From positions 145,268,001-145,332,000 of the forward strand of contig CM059432.1 of assembly GCA_030390025.1 (NCBI GenBank): a DNA stretch of 64,000 bases, read 5' to 3'. This DNA comes from Squalus acanthias (lineage: Eukaryota). Under the pieces are notes generated by a model. It saw only the letters and a list, made by a program, of their open reading frames with translations. It had not been told where the DNA came from and ran no database searches. Each line of letters opens with the position of its first letter. The stretch's first letter is position 1. Both the position numbers and the translations under genes were made by a program. This document shows positions 60,361-64,000 of this stretch, piece after piece.

Positions 60361-61112
60361 CGAGCTTCTGAGGAGATAAGCAGAATGAGAAGTGTAATGA
60401 GCTTTCTGCTGTTTACATTTTCCTTCCTATTAAGCTCATGTAAGGGTCTCCTTAGAGTGCAAGCCTCAGAAAATAGAAACCATCTTGATGTTTGACTAGT
60501 AACACTTAGTCAGCACATACCATCTATGGGTGCAAGGCCTCCCAAGTCTCCATCCCCTGCAGCATTAGCTGAGTGAGTTCTCAGGACTTCCATTGCCTCC
60601 TCCTCCTGAAGTCTACCCTCAGGAATTTTGTGCAATCATTTCCTGCATGACAAAAGACTTCTTGGTATTGCTAGTCAGACTGTTTAATTTTGACAACTAT
60701 TTGAGAATCTCACCACTTCTCTCATGGAATTCTCACAGAAATAGTGAGGCTTCAACAGGCATACATGCATTGCAGGGTGCTGTATCCATCTAATTGAAGT
60801 TATGCAGGTGTCACTACAGATCATTCAGTGCACATGGTGATACCTTTAGATTTGTGAATGCATTTTTCGGGTAAATTTTAGGTCTACTGTCTAAAATACG
60901 CAAAATACACATTGACAGCAGCTTGTACCTTTGTTGATCTTGTGCGGTCATTAAACCTCATCCTATATTGGAAAGGGGTCCTGGGGGATAGGGAACTGTC
61001 ACTCACTTCCTGCCATATGGTCCTGGCTGCTGCATTGGCAGGCCTCTTACCACCCACTCCCACTATTCCATCTCCACCCCTCCCCCACCAGTGCCTATTT
61101 TGCAGCTCTCTT

Positions 61113-64000
61113 CATAAGGACATAAGAATTAGGAGCAGGAGTAGGCCATACAGCCCCTCAAGCCTACTCCGCCATTCAATAATCATGGCTGATCTTTGAC
61201 CACAACGCCACTTTCCCTGCCCGATCTCCATATCCCTTGATTCCCCTAGAGTCCAAAAATCTATCTATCTCAGCCTTGAATATACTCAACAATTCAGCAT
61301 CCACAGCCCTTTGGGGTAGAGAATTCCAAAGATTCACAACTCTCTGAGTGAAGAAAGTCCTCCTCATCTCAGTCTTAAATGGCCAACCCCTTATCCTGAG
61401 ACTATGCCCCCTAGTTCTAGACACTCCAGCCAGGCGAAACAACCTCTCAGCATCTACCCTGTCAATCCCCCTCAGAATCTTATATGTTTCAGTGAGATCA
61501 CCTCTCATTCTTCTAAACTCCAGAGAGTATAGGCCCAATCTACTCAATTTCTCCTCATAGGACAACCCTCTCATCCCAGGAATCATTCTAGTGAACCTTC
61601 GTTGCACCGCCTCTGTGGCAAGTATATCCTTCCTCAGATAAGGAGACCAAAACTGTGCACAGTACTCCAGGTGTAGTCTCACCAAAGCCCTGTACAATTG
61701 TAGCAAGACTTCCTTACTCTTGTACTCCAATTCCCTTGCAACAAAGGCCAACATGCCATTTGCCCTCCTAATTGCTTGCTGTAACTGCATGCTAACTCTC
61801 TGTGTTTCCTGTACGAGGACACCTCTCTCTCTGAACACCAACATTTAATAGTTTCTCACCATTTGAAAAATATTCTGTTTTTTCTATTCTTCCTACCAAA
61901 GTGAATAACCTCACATTTCCTCACGTTATACTCCATCTGCCAGCTTATTGCCCACTCACTTAACCTGTCTATGTCCCTTTGCAGGCTCTTTATGTCCTCC
62001 TCATAGCTTACTTTCCCACCTAGCTTTGTATCATCAGCAAACTTGGATACATTACACTCGGTCCCTTCATCTAAGTCATTAATATAAATTGTAAATAGCT
62101 GAGGCCCAAGCACTGATCCTTGCGGCACCCGACTAGTTACAGCCTGCCAACCAGAAAATGACCCGTTTATCCCTACTCTGTTTTCTGTCCATTACCTAAT
62201 CCTCTATCCATGCTAATATATTACCCCCAACCCAAAAACCCTTATCTTGCATAACAACCTTTTATGTGGCACCTTATTGAATGCCTTTTGGAAATCCTAA
62301 TATACAACATCCACTGGTTCCCCTTTATCTACCCTGCTAGTTACATCCTCAAAAAACTCTAATAAATTTGTTAATCACGATTTCCCTTTCATAAAACCAT
62401 GTTGACTCTGCCTAATTATATTATGATTTTCTAAATGCCCTGTTACCACTTCCTTAATAATGGATTCCAGCATTTTCCAGACAACTGATGTCAGGCTAAC
62501 TGGCCTGTAGTTCCCTATTTTCTCTCTCCTTCCTTTCTTGAATAGTGGGGTTATATTTGCTACCTTCCAATCTGCTGGGACCTTTCAGGAATCTAGGGAA
62601 TTTTGGAAGATCACAACTAATGCATCCACTATCTTTGGAGGCACCTTTTTAGAATCCTAGGATGTAGGCTATCAGGTCCAGGGGATTTGTCGGCTTTTAG
62701 TCCCATTAGTACTGGTTCTCTACTAATATTAATTACTTTAGGTTCCTCACTCTCAATAGCCCCTTGGTTCCCCACTATTTTTGGTATGCTTTTTGTGTCT
62801 TCTTTTGTGAAGGCAGATACAAAACATTTGTTTAAAGTCTCTGACATTTCCTTATTCCCCATCAGAATTTCTTCTGTCTCAGCCTCTAAGGGACCAATGC
62901 TTACTTTTGCTACTCTCTTCCTTTTTACATACTTGTAGAAGCTCGTACGATCTGTTTTTATATTTCTTGCTAAGTTACTCTCATTGTATTTTCTCCCTTT
63001 ACTAAATTCAAATTTTGGGTCATCCTATGCTGGTTTCTAAAGCTTTCCCAATCCTCAGGCTTACTACTATTCTTCACAGCATTATAAGCCTCTTTTTTAA
63101 TCTACTACTATCCTTAACGTCTTTAGTTAGCCATGGATGGATCACTTTTCCCATTAAGTTTTTATTTCTCAAAGGAATGTATATTCTTTGAGAAATTTGG
63201 AATATTTCTTTAAATGTTTGCCACTGCTTATCTACCGTCATACCTTTTAATCTAATTTCCCAATCTACCTTAGCCAACACACCGCTCATACCTATGTAAT
63301 TGGCTTTATTTAATTTAAGACGCTAGTTTCGTACTTAAGTATTTCACTCTCAAACCCAATGTGAAATTCTATCATATTATGATCACTCTTCCCCAAATGA
63401 TCATTTACTTTGAGGTTACTAATTAACCCTATCTCATTACACAATACAAGATCTAAAATAGCCTGTTCCCTGATTGGTTCCACAATGTATTTTTCTAGGA
63501 AACTGTCTCAAATGCATTCCATTAACTTGTCCTCCAGACTACCTGTGCCAATTTGATATGCCCAGTCTATATGAAGATTAAAGTTCCCCACAATTATTGC
63601 ATTACCTTTGTTACAAGCTCCTATTATTTGTTGATCAATACTCTGTCCAATGGTATAGCTACTGTTGGGGGGCCTATAAACTACTCCCAACAGTGTTTTG
63701 TGCCCCTTGTTATTTCTTACTTCCACCCATACTGATTCTGCTTCCTGGTCTTCTGAGTCAAGATCCTTTTTCACTACTGTCCTTATGTCATCCTTTATTA
63801 TCAGGGCTACCCCCCATCCTTTTCCATTCTGCTTGTCTTTCTGAAATGTCAAGTACCCTGGAATATTTAGTTCCCATCTTTGGTCACCTTGCAATCACGT
63901 CTCTGTAATGGGTATTAGATCAAACCCATTTATCTCTATTTGTGCCACTAATTCGTCTATCTTGTTACAAATGCTTTGTGCATTCAGATAAAGAGCCTTT
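61113..64000 (-). mobile_element. CR1 LINE ORF2 (EN and RT), disrupted, runs off the window
   Basis: [39 protein letters not shown]. Confidence 0.95.

Overview
This is eukaryotic, vertebrate genomic DNA, most likely from a cartilaginous fish, judging by HE1-like V-SINE, SacSINE1-like DeuSINE and shark-type CR1/L2/Penelope repeats. It is almost entirely nested transposable elements and minisatellites, and I found no intact host gene. The main feature is a 9.2-kb, very young, minus-strand LTR element (22192-31400). It has ~1.59-kb near-identical LTRs, a 4-bp TSD, a tRNA-Arg(UCG)-type PBS and a PPT. It encodes an intact Gag (CCHC knuckle, overlapping PSAP/PPxY late domains), an in-frame UGA-CUAG readthrough ORF where Pol should be (it has no Pol motifs and resembles the Gag coiled coil), and an intact 783-aa class I, F-like envelope with an N-terminal Ig-like domain. 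This reads as a Pol-less, enveloped, retrovirus-like satellite element. Also present: an intact young Gypsy (15777-20207) with a YLDN RT motif and no visible PBS; a decayed Gypsy (48891-53225); a two-gene Harbinger (Myb/SANT plus transposase); several Harbinger-type MITEs; a non-autonomous hAT (40284-42951, 8-bp TSD) carrying a captured TPP2 exon 1; short fold-back Penelope-type insertions with hammerhead ribozyme cores; and multiple CR1/L2 LINEs and SINE-derived minisatellites. All calls are by eye from motif recognition, without database searches.
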